Shown piece by piece: positions 19,326-29,912 of a DNA stretch of 64,000 bases. Every line of letters begins with the position of its first letter. The stretch's first letter is position 1. The stretch spans positions 10,024 through 74,023 of the forward strand of contig JBDLRP010000048.1 in the NCBI GenBank assembly GCA_039799905.1, written 5' to 3'. The translations under genes and the position numbers were made by a program. The notes under the pieces were generated by a model that did not search any database, was not told the origin of the DNA, and saw nothing but the letters and a program-made list of their open reading frames with translations. The DNA comes from Pseudomonadota bacterium. GTDB lineage: Bacteria; Bdellovibrionota_B; Oligoflexia; Silvanigrellales; Silvanigrellaceae.

Positions 19326-19353
19326 AAAAAAAAACCCGCTCAACGCGGGTTTT
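19326..19353 (-). terminator. Intrinsic terminator / possible attenuator just upstream of argG
   Basis: Minus strand reads AAAACCCGC-GTTGA-GCGGG followed by 9 T. Confidence 0.75.
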
Positions 19354-19432
19354 AAAGTTCAATTAAATGAGGGGAAACGCTGCCCTTGCTTATGTGCGAC
19401 GCTCTTCAACCAACACACTGGCATACGAAACA

Positions 19433-19464
19433 ACCCCTGCATGAAAAATCGTTCATACAGGGGT
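19433..19464 (-). terminator. 13-bp hairpin after the HD-GYP gene (terminator or leader structure)
   Basis: ACCCCTGTATGAA-cgattt-TTCATGCAGGGGT; the single mismatch is a G.U pair only on the minus-strand RNA. Confidence 0.5.
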
Positions 19465-19484
19465 AAGGGAGCGGGCTTCGATTG

Positions 19485-20786
19485 TCAAGACGCCTTCTTG
19501 ATTGAAGACTCGTCTTTCGCAGGCTCTACTGCTTCTTTTTTCTCACCTGCCGGAATCGGCATCGGAATGGACGACGCCGGCGGCGGATCGACTGCCGGGA
19601 ACTGCGCCTTGATCTCGAGAATCTCATCAAGATTATCGAAAAAGATATCGACAATATCTGGATCAAAGTGACTGCCGCTGCAGTTACGCAGTTCGTCGAA
19701 GACTTTGTCAATCGGCCACGATTCTTTGTACACGCGCCGCGAACACAATGCGTCGAAGACGTCGGCCAGTGCAACCACACGCCCTTCCGCAGGAATGTCC
19801 TTGCCCTTGAGGCCGCGCGGGTATCCGCTGCCATCCCAACGTTCATGGTGTGTGTACGCAATGACTGCACCAACCTGGAGGAAGGGCGAATCCGCACCGC
19901 GCAGAACTTCGTATCCCTTCACGGTGTGCAGTTTCATGATTTCAAATTCTTCGGGCGTGAGTCGTCCAGGCTTTTTGAGCACCGCGTCAGGGGTAGATAT
20001 CTTACCCACATCATGCAGCATGGCTGCCAGCCGCATCACTTCACAAGAGTTCTCATCGTATCCCAAATGTTTATACAACAATACACTGTATCGACTCATG
20101 CGCTCGATGTGTCCGCCGGTGTCGGTGTCGTGATATTCAGATGCCTTCACGAACTTCTTCACCGTTTCGATACGTGACTGCCGCAAGTCTTCGGCCATGC
20201 GCAAATTACGCAGAACTACGCCGCATTGGCTGGAGAGTGCACGCAGATAGGATTCCACACGACTCGGAAACGGCGAAACCTCGCCGCTAAAATTTTCACC
20301 GGTGAGGTGATTGATAAGCTGCAGAACACCCAAAACATTCCCGCGTGAATCGCACATCGGTATCACCAGCATCGAACGGCTTCGATAGTTGGTCATAATG
20401 TCGAAAGATGGATTGAAACTGAACGGCGATTCCGGCGGTAAATTATAGACATCTTGAATATTGAGCGGCGTCCGCGAAGATGCGGCAAACCCTGCAGCTG
20501 TCTTGAGGTCAATCGGAAGAGTGTAATTCTTGAGTGCGGCCTTGACCCCACGCGCTTCCAAGACGCGGTTGCGGGTAAGCACGAATCTCAGCTGGTTCCC
20601 GTCTGCCTCATAAACCGTACAGCCTTCGCAATTGCCCATAATCAGTGCCGTTTCAGCCATCAGGCTGAGCAGCTCACTGGCGTCATCCATCTCACTCAGA
20701 GCGAGTCCGCTCTTCACAAGAAGATTAAGGAAATCAATGGAGTTCTCAGCGTCCTGCGCCAAAACATTCTTTGTGTTCTCGGACAT
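19485..20786 (-). CDS. GAF + HD-GYP c-di-GMP phosphodiesterase
   Basis: GAF (FNPSFD..TNYRSRSMLVIPM...GVLQLIN), AAMLHDVGK, HHERWDGSGYP, ADVFDAL; ATG 20786 with GGAG SD. Confidence 0.92.
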   Translation of the reverse strand: MSENTKNVLAQDAENSIDFLNLLVKSGLALSEMDDASELLSLMAETALIMGNCEGCTVYEADGNQLRFVLTRNRVLEARGVKAALKNYTLPIDLKTAAGFAASSRTPLNIQDVYNLPPESPFSFNPSFDIMTNYRSRSMLVIPMCDSRGNVLGVLQLINHLTGENFSGEVSPFPSRVESYLRALSSQCGVVLRNLRMAEDLRQSRIETVKKFVKASEYHDTDTGGHIERMSRYSVLLYKHLGYDENSCEVMRLAAMLHDVGKISTPDAVLKKPGRLTPEEFEIMKLHTVKGYEVLRGADSPFLQVGAVIAYTHHERWDGSGYPRGLKGKDIPAEGRVVALADVFDALCSRRVYKESWPIDKVFDELRNCSGSHFDPDIVDIFFDNLDEILEIKAQFPAVDPPPASSIPMPIPAGEKKEAVEPAKDESSIKKAS

Positions 20787-20855
20787 TAAACACTCCACTT
20801 CCCAAACGTACCCGACGGATCCGCGCACTCAAGCGTACGGGTCCCATTTGACTCG

Positions 20856-20882
20856 GTATCGGCCTCGGTTCCGACAACTTGA
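20856..20882 (-). promoter_or_regulatory. Sigma-28-like promoter for the HD-GYP gene
   Basis: TCAAG-N14-GCCGATAC. Confidence 0.65.
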
Positions 20883-21045
20883 GACAGGATGAGGCGGGAA
20901 ACTGACAGCCGCTGGTCCAACCAAACGCGCCTCCCGAGGGAAAGCAGCCAAGGCTCTTGTCTTTTTGGCAAATTACGGACTATGAGAGGGGCGTTCCGCA
21001 AAATACGAACTTCACCTGAATATAAACTTTCCCGCGAGGTGATTT

Positions 21046-22656
21046 ATGATTGCGCGTTACAGCCGCCCACAGATGTCCAAGCTATGGTCCGAGGAAGCAA
21101 AATACGTCTCATGGTCCCGCGTCGAGCGGGCTCACCTCGAAGGTCTTGTCGAACGCCGCGGAGTTCCCGCAGCTGTGCTCAATGCATTCGACCATGCGAT
21201 TCAATCCACTCATCCAGACGACTACCAAAGGCGCGAGCTTGAGACTGGCCACGACGTGATTGCTTACGTCGCCGAAGTCGGTGCTGCGATGGGCGACTTT
21301 GGACGTTGGCTGCATCAAGGTCTGACGAGTTCCGACGTGCTCGACACCGCACTCAGCCTGCGCCTGCGTGAAACTCTCGAACTCCTCGACAAGCCATTGA
21401 CACAGTTGCGAACGGCCCTGGCAACACATGCATTCCGTCATAATGCGACTCCCGTGATGGGCCGCACTCACGGTATCCATGCAGAGCCGCTTTCATTCGG
21501 ACAAGTTCTCGCAGGCCATTTCGGCGAATTCCAGCGCGCACATTTGTCGCTGCTTGAGGCGCGCAAAGCCTGCTCGACCGGTAAACTTTCGGGAGCAGTC
21601 GGACAATATTCGCAACTGCATCCTGAGTATGAATCACACGTTTTGAACAAATTGAATCTGACGGCGGAACCCGTCGCGACTCAGGTGATTCCCCGTGACC
21701 GCATCCTCCGTGTCGGACAGGCGTGCGAAAGCCTCGCCAATGCAATCGACAGGTTTGCGCTCAACATGCGTCACTGGGCACGCACCGAATTGCAGGAAGT
21801 ACTTGAACCCTTCGGTGAAAAACAAAAGGGCAGTTCGGCAATGCCGCACAAGAAGAACCCCGTGCTGGCAGAAAACCTGTCAGGGCTTGCGCGTACTGTA
21901 CGCGGGTATGTGCAGATGCTCGGACAAAACACCAGCCTCTGGCACGAACGCGACATTTCGCATAGCAGCGTGGAGCGCATTGCTCTGCCTGACCTTTTTG
22001 TCACGCTCGATTTCATGACCGCCCGCTGCGCTGAGCTGATCGAAAAAATGGTTGTTCAGCCCGAAGTGATGAAGAGGAACCTCGACCGCCTGGGCGGATT
22101 GTGGGCCAGCCAGTCGGTGCTGACGCAGCTGACCAACGCCGGAATGAACCGCACCAGCGCTTACGAGCTGGTGCAAAAAATCGCGCTGCCGCTCAACATG
22201 CAGGCTGCGCGTGAAAGCCTGCCCGCAGACGCCTTTTTGAAAGCACTCGAGGCCCAGCCGGCGGTTGTCGACCTCATCGGCCGAGAACAACTCCGCAGTC
22301 TGTTCAATCTTGAAAAGTTTGTCGCACACACTGCCGGACGTTTTCTCAATGTGTTTGGAATTACGCCGGACGAGGTCACCCGTCTGCATGGCGGCAGAGC
22401 CGACGCCAAAACGATTCCTGCCTTGCAGAGGGTTTATCAGGTGACGGTCGCGCTGAATGCCGACGTGCTCGATACGGAAGCCAAAACAATTGAAGAACAC
22501 ATGCAGGCGCAGGGCCTGACGGCCCGCCTGAACCGTTCGAAAGTCTTTACCATCAGCCTTCCCGACGAAGATGAAAAAACGAATTTGTTACGTTATGTCT
22601 CGTCAGTGCTCAGAAACGAGGTCATGGAGTCCATTCACGTGGAGGTCATTCAATGA
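21046..22656 (+). CDS. purB: Adenylosuccinate lyase with C-terminal PurS-like domain
   Basis: MIARY, HDV, GLTSSD, GRTHGIHAEP, GSSAMPHKKNP, WHERDISHSSVER; last ~75 aa resemble PurS. Confidence 0.93.
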   Translation: MIARYSRPQMSKLWSEEAKYVSWSRVERAHLEGLVERRGVPAAVLNAFDHAIQSTHPDDYQRRELETGHDVIAYVAEVGAAMGDFGRWLHQGLTSSDVLDTALSLRLRETLELLDKPLTQLRTALATHAFRHNATPVMGRTHGIHAEPLSFGQVLAGHFGEFQRAHLSLLEARKACSTGKLSGAVGQYSQLHPEYESHVLNKLNLTAEPVATQVIPRDRILRVGQACESLANAIDRFALNMRHWARTELQEVLEPFGEKQKGSSAMPHKKNPVLAENLSGLARTVRGYVQMLGQNTSLWHERDISHSSVERIALPDLFVTLDFMTARCAELIEKMVVQPEVMKRNLDRLGGLWASQSVLTQLTNAGMNRTSAYELVQKIALPLNMQAARESLPADAFLKALEAQPAVVDLIGREQLRSLFNLEKFVAHTAGRFLNVFGITPDEVTRLHGGRADAKTIPALQRVYQVTVALNADVLDTEAKTIEEHMQAQGLTARLNRSKVFTISLPDEDEKTNLLRYVSSVLRNEVMESIHVEVIQ

Positions 22657-23390
22657 CCAGACAAAAGGCCGCCGTTCTGCAATTTCCGGGAACCAACTGC
22701 GATCAGGACACACTGCGCTGGCTTGCGCGCAATCTTGATCTCGATGTCTCCTTTGTCAGAAATCAGGAAGACATCGAAAAACGCCCCCCTGGACACACCG
22801 CCGTGATTATTCTCCCAGGGGGGTTTTCATTTGGCGATTATCTGCGCGCAGGGGCGCTGGCGGCGCGCTCGCCGCTGATGGACTGGGTGCGCCGCGAGGC
22901 TGCTGCGGGTGTCGCTGTGCTCGGCATCTGCAACGGTTTTCAGATTCTCTGTGAATCCGGTCTTCTGCCGGGTGCGCTTGCGCCCAACGTCATCCGCCAG
23001 CACGTGCATGAGTTTGTCACCATCCATGCAGAAATCTCGGTAGCCTCGCGCTGGACTCCAAAGCTTACGAGCGGCCAGTTGCTGACTTTGCCGATCTCGT
23101 GCGGCATGGGTAACTTCGTCGCACCACGAAAGGCGGACAGCTTTCAAACCCTCTTCCGCTATACACTCAACATTCTGGGCAGCAGCGAGAGCATCGCAGG
23201 AATATCCAATCCCGAAGGAAACATTGTCGGCATGATGCCGCACCCAGAACGCGCGAGTGACCCAACTTTGGGAGCATCGGATGGATTGTTCATGCTGGAC
23301 GCGTTGGCAACCCAGCTAGGCATACCAGTCAGAGCGGACAGTCCGCTCGACCACTGGCGCAAAACCAAACACGCCCACAACACACACTGA
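22653..23390 (+). CDS. purQ: Phosphoribosylformylglycinamidine synthase glutaminase subunit
   Basis: FPGTNCD, PGGFSFGDYLR, GICNGFQIL, GMMPHPER. Confidence 0.95.
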   Translation: MTRQKAAVLQFPGTNCDQDTLRWLARNLDLDVSFVRNQEDIEKRPPGHTAVIILPGGFSFGDYLRAGALAARSPLMDWVRREAAAGVAVLGICNGFQILCESGLLPGALAPNVIRQHVHEFVTIHAEISVASRWTPKLTSGQLLTLPISCGMGNFVAPRKADSFQTLFRYTLNILGSSESIAGISNPEGNIVGMMPHPERASDPTLGASDGLFMLDALATQLGIPVRADSPLDHWRKTKHAHNTH

Positions 23391-23414
23391 CGTTTGTCGC
23401 CGAGGTTGAATTCA

Positions 23415-25901
23415 ATGTCTTCAAGTCCGCAAACACCAGCAGAAGTTGGCAAAGAAGAAAAGAAGCAGCTCGAACTCGCGCAGGGATTCGGCCTGTCCGC
23501 AGATGAATTTAAACGGCTCAGAGAACTTCTCGGGCGCAGCCCGTCACTCGAAGAAATCGCCGTGACCGGTGCGCTGTGGAGCGAGCACTGCTCCTACAAG
23601 TCATCACGCGTCCATCTCTCGCGCTTTCACACCCAGGAACCTTGGGTTTTGCAGGGCCCGGGTGAAAATGCCGGGATTGTCGAGATCGCCGAAGGCGTCG
23701 GACTCGCCTTCAAAATGGAGAGTCACAACCACCCCAGCTACATTGAACCTTATCAGGGCGCGGCGACCGGTGTTGGCGGAATTCTCCGCGACGTGTTCTG
23801 CATGGGCGCGCGCCCGATCGCAAACCTGAACTGCCTGCGCTACGGCGAAGGCGACTACAACGCACATCTTCTGAAGCATACCGTGCGCGGAATCGGCGAT
23901 TACGGCAACTCGGTGGGTGTTCCCACAGTCGGCGGCCAGACACGATTCCATCACGGCTACAGCAAGAACATTCTCGTCAACGCTTTCACCGCAGGACTCG
24001 TCAAAAGCGATGCCATTTTCCGCGGTAAACTGCAGAACGACTCAACTCAGCCGCGTCAGCAAGTTGCAAGCCGACTTCTCCCCGCGCAGCCGATGACAGC
24101 CGAAAAGCGCAGCGAACTTTTTCCTTCCGGTGCCAACCTGCTGTTGTATTTCGGAAGTGCAACTGGCCGTGACGGCGTTCATGGCGCAACCATGAGTTCC
24201 GACACCTTCGACGACGCGTCGGCGGCACTCAAACCGACCGTGCAGGTCGGAGACCCGTTTGCAGAGAAAAAACTGCTCGAGGTGACGCTTGAATTGCTTG
24301 AAAAGAAACTGGTCGTCGGTCTGCAGGACATGGGCGCGGCAGGACTCACTTCGAGCGGAGTCGAAATGGCCGGCCGTTCGGGATGCGGAGTCGTTATAGA
24401 TTTGAACCTCATTCCTGCACGCACGGCGCGGCTCAAGGCATTCGAATATCTATTGTCAGAGTCGCAGGAGCGCATGCTGTGTGCCGTCACACCCGAAAAG
24501 GCTCCTGCGGTGATTGAGCTTTGCAGGCAGCATCAAGTGGCAGCTGCGGTGATCGGCTCGGTCAACGACACGGGCGAATTCATCTGTCTGCACAACGACG
24601 AAGTCGTGTGTGTTCTGCCGGTCGGAATCCTCACCGACAACGCACCGAAGTACACCTGGCCGCTTCAGGATCGCGACGCATATCTTCGTGAACACGCGCG
24701 CATCGAACGTCCGCTGCCGGCTGATTCCGGTCTGAAAATTGGACTGCCGGAAGAAACGCGAAAATCCCTCGCCGGCGTCTTGGAATCGGCGACAACGAGT
24801 TTTGCTCAGGCATGGCCAGTTCTGCAAAAACACCTTCCCGAACTTATGTCACTGCCAGTGCACGCATCGAAAGATCCATTGACGCGGCATTACTGTTCGA
24901 CCGTGCAGGGCAACACGATTGCAGGCTGCCAGACGCCGCGCTCGAGCGCCGCTGCTCTCGTCAGGCTAGATGAAGCCTTTGTTCCTGAATCGGCTCACGA
25001 TACATTCGCACGCAACGCTCCGGTTGTTGCTCTCGCCGCGGGTTGTCAGGAACGCTGGATTGAAATTGACCCGCTGCATGGCGCCGCGCAAAGCACCCTG
25101 CTTCTCTCACGCAGGATCGTAGCGAGCGGCGGACGCCCGCTGGCCATGACCGACTGCCTGAACTTCGGAAGCCCGCGTCAGCCGGCCGTCATGCGGCAGA
25201 TCTCGGACGCCATCGACGGCATCAATTCAGTGGCAAAAACGATGCGCATTCCGATCGTCAGCGGCAACGTCAGCCTCAACAACCAGACAGGAACCACACC
25301 CATTCCGCCGACACCGATGGTGGGAATTGCCGGTGTCGTCGATTCCTGCCAGCGGGTGGTCGGAGATTTGCCTTCGCTCACGAAAAACAACTCAACTTCT
25401 CAGCATCGTCTTTATTGGTTGTGCGCGAAAAACACCGATTCATTGACCAATTTCGCCATGTCGGAAATGGCATGGAACGTGTTTCACAAAAACAACGGGC
25501 CCGTTCCGCAAGCCGACTTCGCCTCGGAAATGCAGATGAACGAATTCCTCGCTGAGCTCAACCAGCAACAGCACTTGAACAGCTGCGCGGTCGCCGGATG
25601 CGGCGGTGTGCTGATGACTTTGCTGACCATGGCCGCACGCACACAGTCAGCACTTGCGTTCACAAAAGAGTGCCTCGCACTGCATGTGCAGACGCTGTTC
25701 GCCGAAGGGCAAGCGGGCGTCATTGTATCTGGCCCTGCATTAGCTGATCAGCGAATTGCAGGACAGGCCGATGCGCGCGGCTTGAGGCTTGTACCTTTGG
25801 CCGACCTCATCTCCTGCGACAGCCTCGCTCCAACCGAGTCGCAAGTTTGGAAGGCAGCATCGGCGCAATACTCCGACTCTCTCAAATCTTTTTTCAGGTA
25901 A
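23415..25901 (+). CDS. purL: Phosphoribosylformylglycinamidine synthase subunit PurL
   Basis: WSEHCSYKSS, KMESHNHPS, GAATGVGGI, QDMGAAG, SESQERM, DCLNFG, SGNVSL; ATG 23415 follows GAGGT. Confidence 0.96.
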   Translation: MSSSPQTPAEVGKEEKKQLELAQGFGLSADEFKRLRELLGRSPSLEEIAVTGALWSEHCSYKSSRVHLSRFHTQEPWVLQGPGENAGIVEIAEGVGLAFKMESHNHPSYIEPYQGAATGVGGILRDVFCMGARPIANLNCLRYGEGDYNAHLLKHTVRGIGDYGNSVGVPTVGGQTRFHHGYSKNILVNAFTAGLVKSDAIFRGKLQNDSTQPRQQVASRLLPAQPMTAEKRSELFPSGANLLLYFGSATGRDGVHGATMSSDTFDDASAALKPTVQVGDPFAEKKLLEVTLELLEKKLVVGLQDMGAAGLTSSGVEMAGRSGCGVVIDLNLIPARTARLKAFEYLLSESQERMLCAVTPEKAPAVIELCRQHQVAAAVIGSVNDTGEFICLHNDEVVCVLPVGILTDNAPKYTWPLQDRDAYLREHARIERPLPADSGLKIGLPEETRKSLAGVLESATTSFAQAWPVLQKHLPELMSLPVHASKDPLTRHYCSTVQGNTIAGCQTPRSSAAALVRLDEAFVPESAHDTFARNAPVVALAAGCQERWIEIDPLHGAAQSTLLLSRRIVASGGRPLAMTDCLNFGSPRQPAVMRQISDAIDGINSVAKTMRIPIVSGNVSLNNQTGTTPIPPTPMVGIAGVVDSCQRVVGDLPSLTKNNSTSQHRLYWLCAKNTDSLTNFAMSEMAWNVFHKNNGPVPQADFASEMQMNEFLAELNQQQHLNSCAVAGCGGVLMTLLTMAARTQSALAFTKECLALHVQTLFAEGQAGVIVSGPALADQRIAGQADARGLRLVPLADLISCDSLAPTESQVWKAASAQYSDSLKSFFR

Positions 25902-25907
25902 TCCAGA

Positions 25908-27362
25908 ATGTGCGGAATTTTTGCCCTGACAAATCACACTGAAGCTGCCCACATGGCATTTTTGGGTCTTTTTTCCCTGCAGCACCGTGGTCAGGAAAGC
26001 GCCGGACTTGCTTCGCTGCGTGACGGCGATCTCAATGTGCACCGCGCAGCAGGTTTGGTGAGCGACGTTTTCACACCCGAGACACTCAACCGTCTCAAGG
26101 GCACTGCAGCTTTGGGCCATGTGCGATACAGCACCGCCGGCGGCGAGTCGGCTTCCAACATTCAGCCGCTGGCCGCGCGTGTCAACGGCGTCAAGGTTGC
26201 GCTTGCGCACAACGGAAATCTAGTGAACGCACCAGAATTGCGGGACGACCTCGAAAGGCGTGGCGCAATTTTTCAGGGGACCGCCGACACTGAAATCATA
26301 CTGCACCTGCTCGCACAGGCCCCCGGTGCCGATTTGGGCGCAAAACTCAAGCACGTCAGCGGACTGCTTGAGGGTGCTTTCTCGCTCGTCCTGCTCACTC
26401 CCACTCATCTTTATGCTTGTGTCGACGCGCTCGGCTATCGGCCGCTGTCACTTGGGCGTTTTTCCGACAGCACAGGCAGCGCAGCAACTTGGGCAGTCAG
26501 CAGCGAGACGTGCGCATTTGAGCTGGTGGGAGCAAAATTCGAACGCGACATTTTGCCCGGCGAGATGATCGAAATTCGCCTCCATGACGGCTTAATCAAA
26601 ACGAGCCATCTGCCGGATACGCGCACATCCGCCGGTGAAAATTTACGCCGCTGTGTGTTCGAACAAATCTATTTCGCGCGACCCGACTCCCAGCTTTGGG
26701 GACAGTCCACATTTTTGTTTCGTGAGACTCTCGGAGCAGAACTCGCCAAACAGGCTCCAGCTGAAGCTGACTTGGTCATACCCATTCCTGACTCGGGTGT
26801 TCCCATGGCGATGGGCTACGCGCGTGCATCAGGCATACCCTACGCAATGGGACTCATCCGCAATCACTACGTCGGCCGCACGTTCATCGAACCGACACAA
26901 ACTGTGCGCAACTTCCGCCTCAGGCTCAAACTGAGCCCACTGCGTCATATCATCGAGGGCAAGCGTCTGGTGGTTGTGGACGACAGCATTGTCCGCGGTA
27001 CGACCTCACGCCGGATTGTCGAATTGCTGCGCGAGGCAGGAGCACGCGAGGTGCACATGCGCATCGGTTCACCGCCAGTCAAATTTCCCTGCTTCTATGG
27101 TATCGACACACCCAAACGCAGAGACCTTTTGGCACAGCAGATGAATCTCGACCAAATGCGCGAAACACTGCAAGCGGATTCGCTGGCGTATCTTGCAACC
27201 GAAACCCTGCATTCGATGGCCACCCCAGCGGCCCGCTGCGCAAACGGCAGCAGTGGATTTTGCGATTCATGCTTCAGCGGCAATTACGCGGACGGCTTCG
27301 CTCAGCGTCGGTTGAGCGAAGAACAAACAACGTCGGTAAAAAAAATTGAGGTGACACCATGA
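25908..27362 (+). CDS. purF: Amidophosphoribosyltransferase
   Basis: N-terminal [49 protein letters not shown]. Confidence 0.97.
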   Translation: MCGIFALTNHTEAAHMAFLGLFSLQHRGQESAGLASLRDGDLNVHRAAGLVSDVFTPETLNRLKGTAALGHVRYSTAGGESASNIQPLAARVNGVKVALAHNGNLVNAPELRDDLERRGAIFQGTADTEIILHLLAQAPGADLGAKLKHVSGLLEGAFSLVLLTPTHLYACVDALGYRPLSLGRFSDSTGSAATWAVSSETCAFELVGAKFERDILPGEMIEIRLHDGLIKTSHLPDTRTSAGENLRRCVFEQIYFARPDSQLWGQSTFLFRETLGAELAKQAPAEADLVIPIPDSGVPMAMGYARASGIPYAMGLIRNHYVGRTFIEPTQTVRNFRLRLKLSPLRHIIEGKRLVVVDDSIVRGTTSRRIVELLREAGAREVHMRIGSPPVKFPCFYGIDTPKRRDLLAQQMNLDQMRETLQADSLAYLATETLHSMATPAARCANGSSGFCDSCFSGNYADGFAQRRLSEEQTTSVKKIEVTP

Positions 27363-27886
27363 GTCATGTCGGAATTGTCATGGGAAGTGAGTCCGACATG
27401 GACACCATGAATGCGGCAGTGGAAATCCTCAAAGCAGCCGGTGTCGAATTTGAATGCACGGTCGTGAGTGCACACCGCACTCCCGAGAGATTGTTTCAGT
27501 ATGCCAAGAATGCCGAGGCCCGAAAACTCAAAGTGATCATTGCTGGTGCAGGTGGCGCTGCACACTTGCCGGGGATGATCGCCAGTCTCACCACTCTGCC
27601 GGTACTCGGCGTACCGGTGCAGAGCAAGACACTCAACGGTCTCGACAGCCTGCTGTCCATTGTGCAGATGCCGGCAGGTGTTCCCACCGCGACATTTGCC
27701 ATCGGCACTGCAGGCGCGCGCAACGCTGCGTTGTTTGCGATTCAAATTCTTGCCCTCGCCGACGAGCGGCTGAGCCGTTGGAATCACCAGCACAAAAAAC
27801 ACATCGAAGGACAGGCTCTGGAACAGGCGGCACGGGTTGAGTCGGTCGCGGGAGTGCCGTTCCGCTGGGAACCTGGAGAGTCATGA
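27359..27886 (+). CDS. purE: N5-CAIR mutase
   Basis: [32 protein letters not shown]. Confidence 0.98.
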   Translation: MSHVGIVMGSESDMDTMNAAVEILKAAGVEFECTVVSAHRTPERLFQYAKNAEARKLKVIIAGAGGAAHLPGMIASLTTLPVLGVPVQSKTLNGLDSLLSIVQMPAGVPTATFAIGTAGARNAALFAIQILALADERLSRWNHQHKKHIEGQALEQAARVESVAGVPFRWEPGES

Positions 27887-29082
27887 CTGAGACGCCGGCG
27901 CAAAAAACAATTGGCATTCTCGGCGGCGGACAATTGGGGCTGATGCTCAGTCAGTCGCTGGCAGACCTCGGCGCACAGGTACGGATTCTTGATCCCCAGC
28001 CCGATTGTCCCGCTGCATTGCGTACGGCTTTTTCACGTACAGCATCGTTCGCCGATGACGATGCCCTTTGTGAATTTTTTCTTGCCTGCGATCGCGTGAC
28101 CTACGAATTCGAACACATCCCAATCGCCGCCCTGCGCAGGGTACTCGACAAGACGGATTCCCATCACAAACTCTGGCCGTCGCTGAGTGTTCTGGAAAAC
28201 TCGCAGAACCGTGTTGCCGAAAAAATCGCTCTGGCAAAAGCCGATGCGCCCGTCGCAGAATGGATCGAAATCTGCAGTGTGGAAGACTTGCGTCAACACA
28301 AGCCGCAATGGCTTGGCAGGCAACGTGCGGGAATTCTCAAAACAGCACGCGGCGGCTATGACGGAAAAGGGCAATGGCGCCTTTCCAGCGAAGAGAATTG
28401 GAATAGTGCGATTGCAGAGTTGACCAGCCGAGAAGAGCTGTTTCCTCTTGTACTCGAAGAGAAGTGTCAACTGCTGGGTGAGCTCAGCGTGATTGTCGGG
28501 CGTCACCCCGAACACGGCGTTGTCACTCTTCCGGCAGTCGAAAACATCCACGTCGACGGAATTCTCGACGTCACTTTTTATCCGCCGCGGCTGCCTGCGC
28601 ACATCTGCGTCGAGGCAAAACAGATTGCCGAGCATGTGGCACAGCAATGGAATGTTCACGGTTTGCTCACCGTCGAGTTTTTTGTGGTTGAGAATTCAGC
28701 CGGGACAAAACTGCTCGCAAACGAAGTTGCGCCGCGCCCGCACAACTCCGGCCACGTCAGCCGCCGCAGTCTGTCTCGCAGCCAGTTTGATTTGCTCGCT
28801 CACATTCTTCTCGACCAGCCCTGTCAAATCAGCGAGACGCAAACCGGCGTGGTCTGGGCAATGTTGAACACACTCGGCGATCTATGGGGCAAAGGAAGTG
28901 CATTTTGGCCGCATCAGCTGACCTCGCATTCCGCAGTCTGCGAGGCGATGCTTTACGGCAAACCCGAAGTTCGCCGCGGACGCAAGATGGGCCATGTCAT
29001 TTTGCGCGGCAATACCCATTCTGAGCTCAACAAACACATTCAGTTTTTACGTTCAACGTTTCCCGATGACAAAGGTGTCTGA
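27883..29082 (+). CDS. purK: N5-CAIR synthase
   Basis: [39 protein letters not shown]. Confidence 0.96.
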   Translation: MTETPAQKTIGILGGGQLGLMLSQSLADLGAQVRILDPQPDCPAALRTAFSRTASFADDDALCEFFLACDRVTYEFEHIPIAALRRVLDKTDSHHKLWPSLSVLENSQNRVAEKIALAKADAPVAEWIEICSVEDLRQHKPQWLGRQRAGILKTARGGYDGKGQWRLSSEENWNSAIAELTSREELFPLVLEEKCQLLGELSVIVGRHPEHGVVTLPAVENIHVDGILDVTFYPPRLPAHICVEAKQIAEHVAQQWNVHGLLTVEFFVVENSAGTKLLANEVAPRPHNSGHVSRRSLSRSQFDLLAHILLDQPCQISETQTGVVWAMLNTLGDLWGKGSAFWPHQLTSHSAVCEAMLYGKPEVRRGRKMGHVILRGNTHSELNKHIQFLRSTFPDDKGV

Positions 29083-29084
29083 AC

Positions 29085-29912
29085 ATGAGTACAGCTGCCA
29101 TCCGCCCTACCGGCGCGCGCATTCTCTGCCTTGGTTTCGATCCGATGCCGAGGTCCGGTCTGCAAAAAGACTGGCTCGACTGCTTTGACAATCACCTCGA
29201 GTTTTTTGAACTGCTCGATCGCAAGCCGCAGTGGGTCAAACTCAATCTGGCTTTTTTCCTGCGCTGGGGCCGGCTCGGTATCGATAAACTCGAGCTTGCC
29301 TGCGAAACGCTCGGTGACAAGACAAACATTCTGCTCGACGGCAAATTTGGTGAAATCGGCAATAGCCTCAGCCATTATCTCGACTTCGCCTTTGAACACC
29401 TCAAGGCCGACGGTGTGACAGTCAATCCTTTCATGGGTGAACACATCATCGGCTCGGCGCTGCAAAAAGCACTGAGTCTGCGCGGCGCATCTTCGCGAGT
29501 CTTCGTCCTCGGAGCCACCAGCGAATTTCCGCAAAAAAAACTGGCCGAGCTGCAAAACTCATACAGCGCAATCGCGGAGGCTTGTGAGGACGCACACCTC
29601 ACGCTCGACCCAAGTGGTTCACTGGGCGCGCACCTTGGTCTGGTCGTCGGTGCAAACCGACAGGACGCCATGACCAATGAAGTCATTTTGCGCGGACAGA
29701 TGCCGCTGCTAATGCCCGGAATCGGCGCGCAGGGTGTATCGCTCGAGTCGGCAGTCAAACGCACGGCACCGCTTGCGCAGGAAATTATTTTTCCCGTGAG
29801 TCGTGCCATCTGCGAGGGCGGCAATCTCAAGCCAATCGAGATGCAACATAAATTTCAACAGATGCAGAACGAATTGGATTCACTTCTCAGTCAGCCGCGA
29901 GGTCATTCATGA
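29085..29912 (+). CDS. pyrF: Orotidine-5'-phosphate decarboxylase (divergent, type 2-like)
   Basis: LCLGFDP, VKLNLAFF, LDGKFGEIGNS, TVNPFMG, GLVVGA, PGIGAQG, SRAI. Confidence 0.85.
   Translation: MSTAAIRPTGARILCLGFDPMPRSGLQKDWLDCFDNHLEFFELLDRKPQWVKLNLAFFLRWGRLGIDKLELACETLGDKTNILLDGKFGEIGNSLSHYLDFAFEHLKADGVTVNPFMGEHIIGSALQKALSLRGASSRVFVLGATSEFPQKKLAELQNSYSAIAEACEDAHLTLDPSGSLGAHLGLVVGANRQDAMTNEVILRGQMPLLMPGIGAQGVSLESAVKRTAPLAQEIIFPVSRAICEGGNLKPIEMQHKFQQMQNELDSLLSQPRGHS

Noticed and set aside
19294..19470. PyrR-binding loop in the argG leader
   Set aside because: No ARUCC...GAGGYU-type motif seen; only the hairpins and terminator are reported
20890..21045. Purine or ZTP riboswitch upstream of purB
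   Set aside because: No conserved aptamer motifs or convincing terminator seen by eye; an Rfam scan would be decisive
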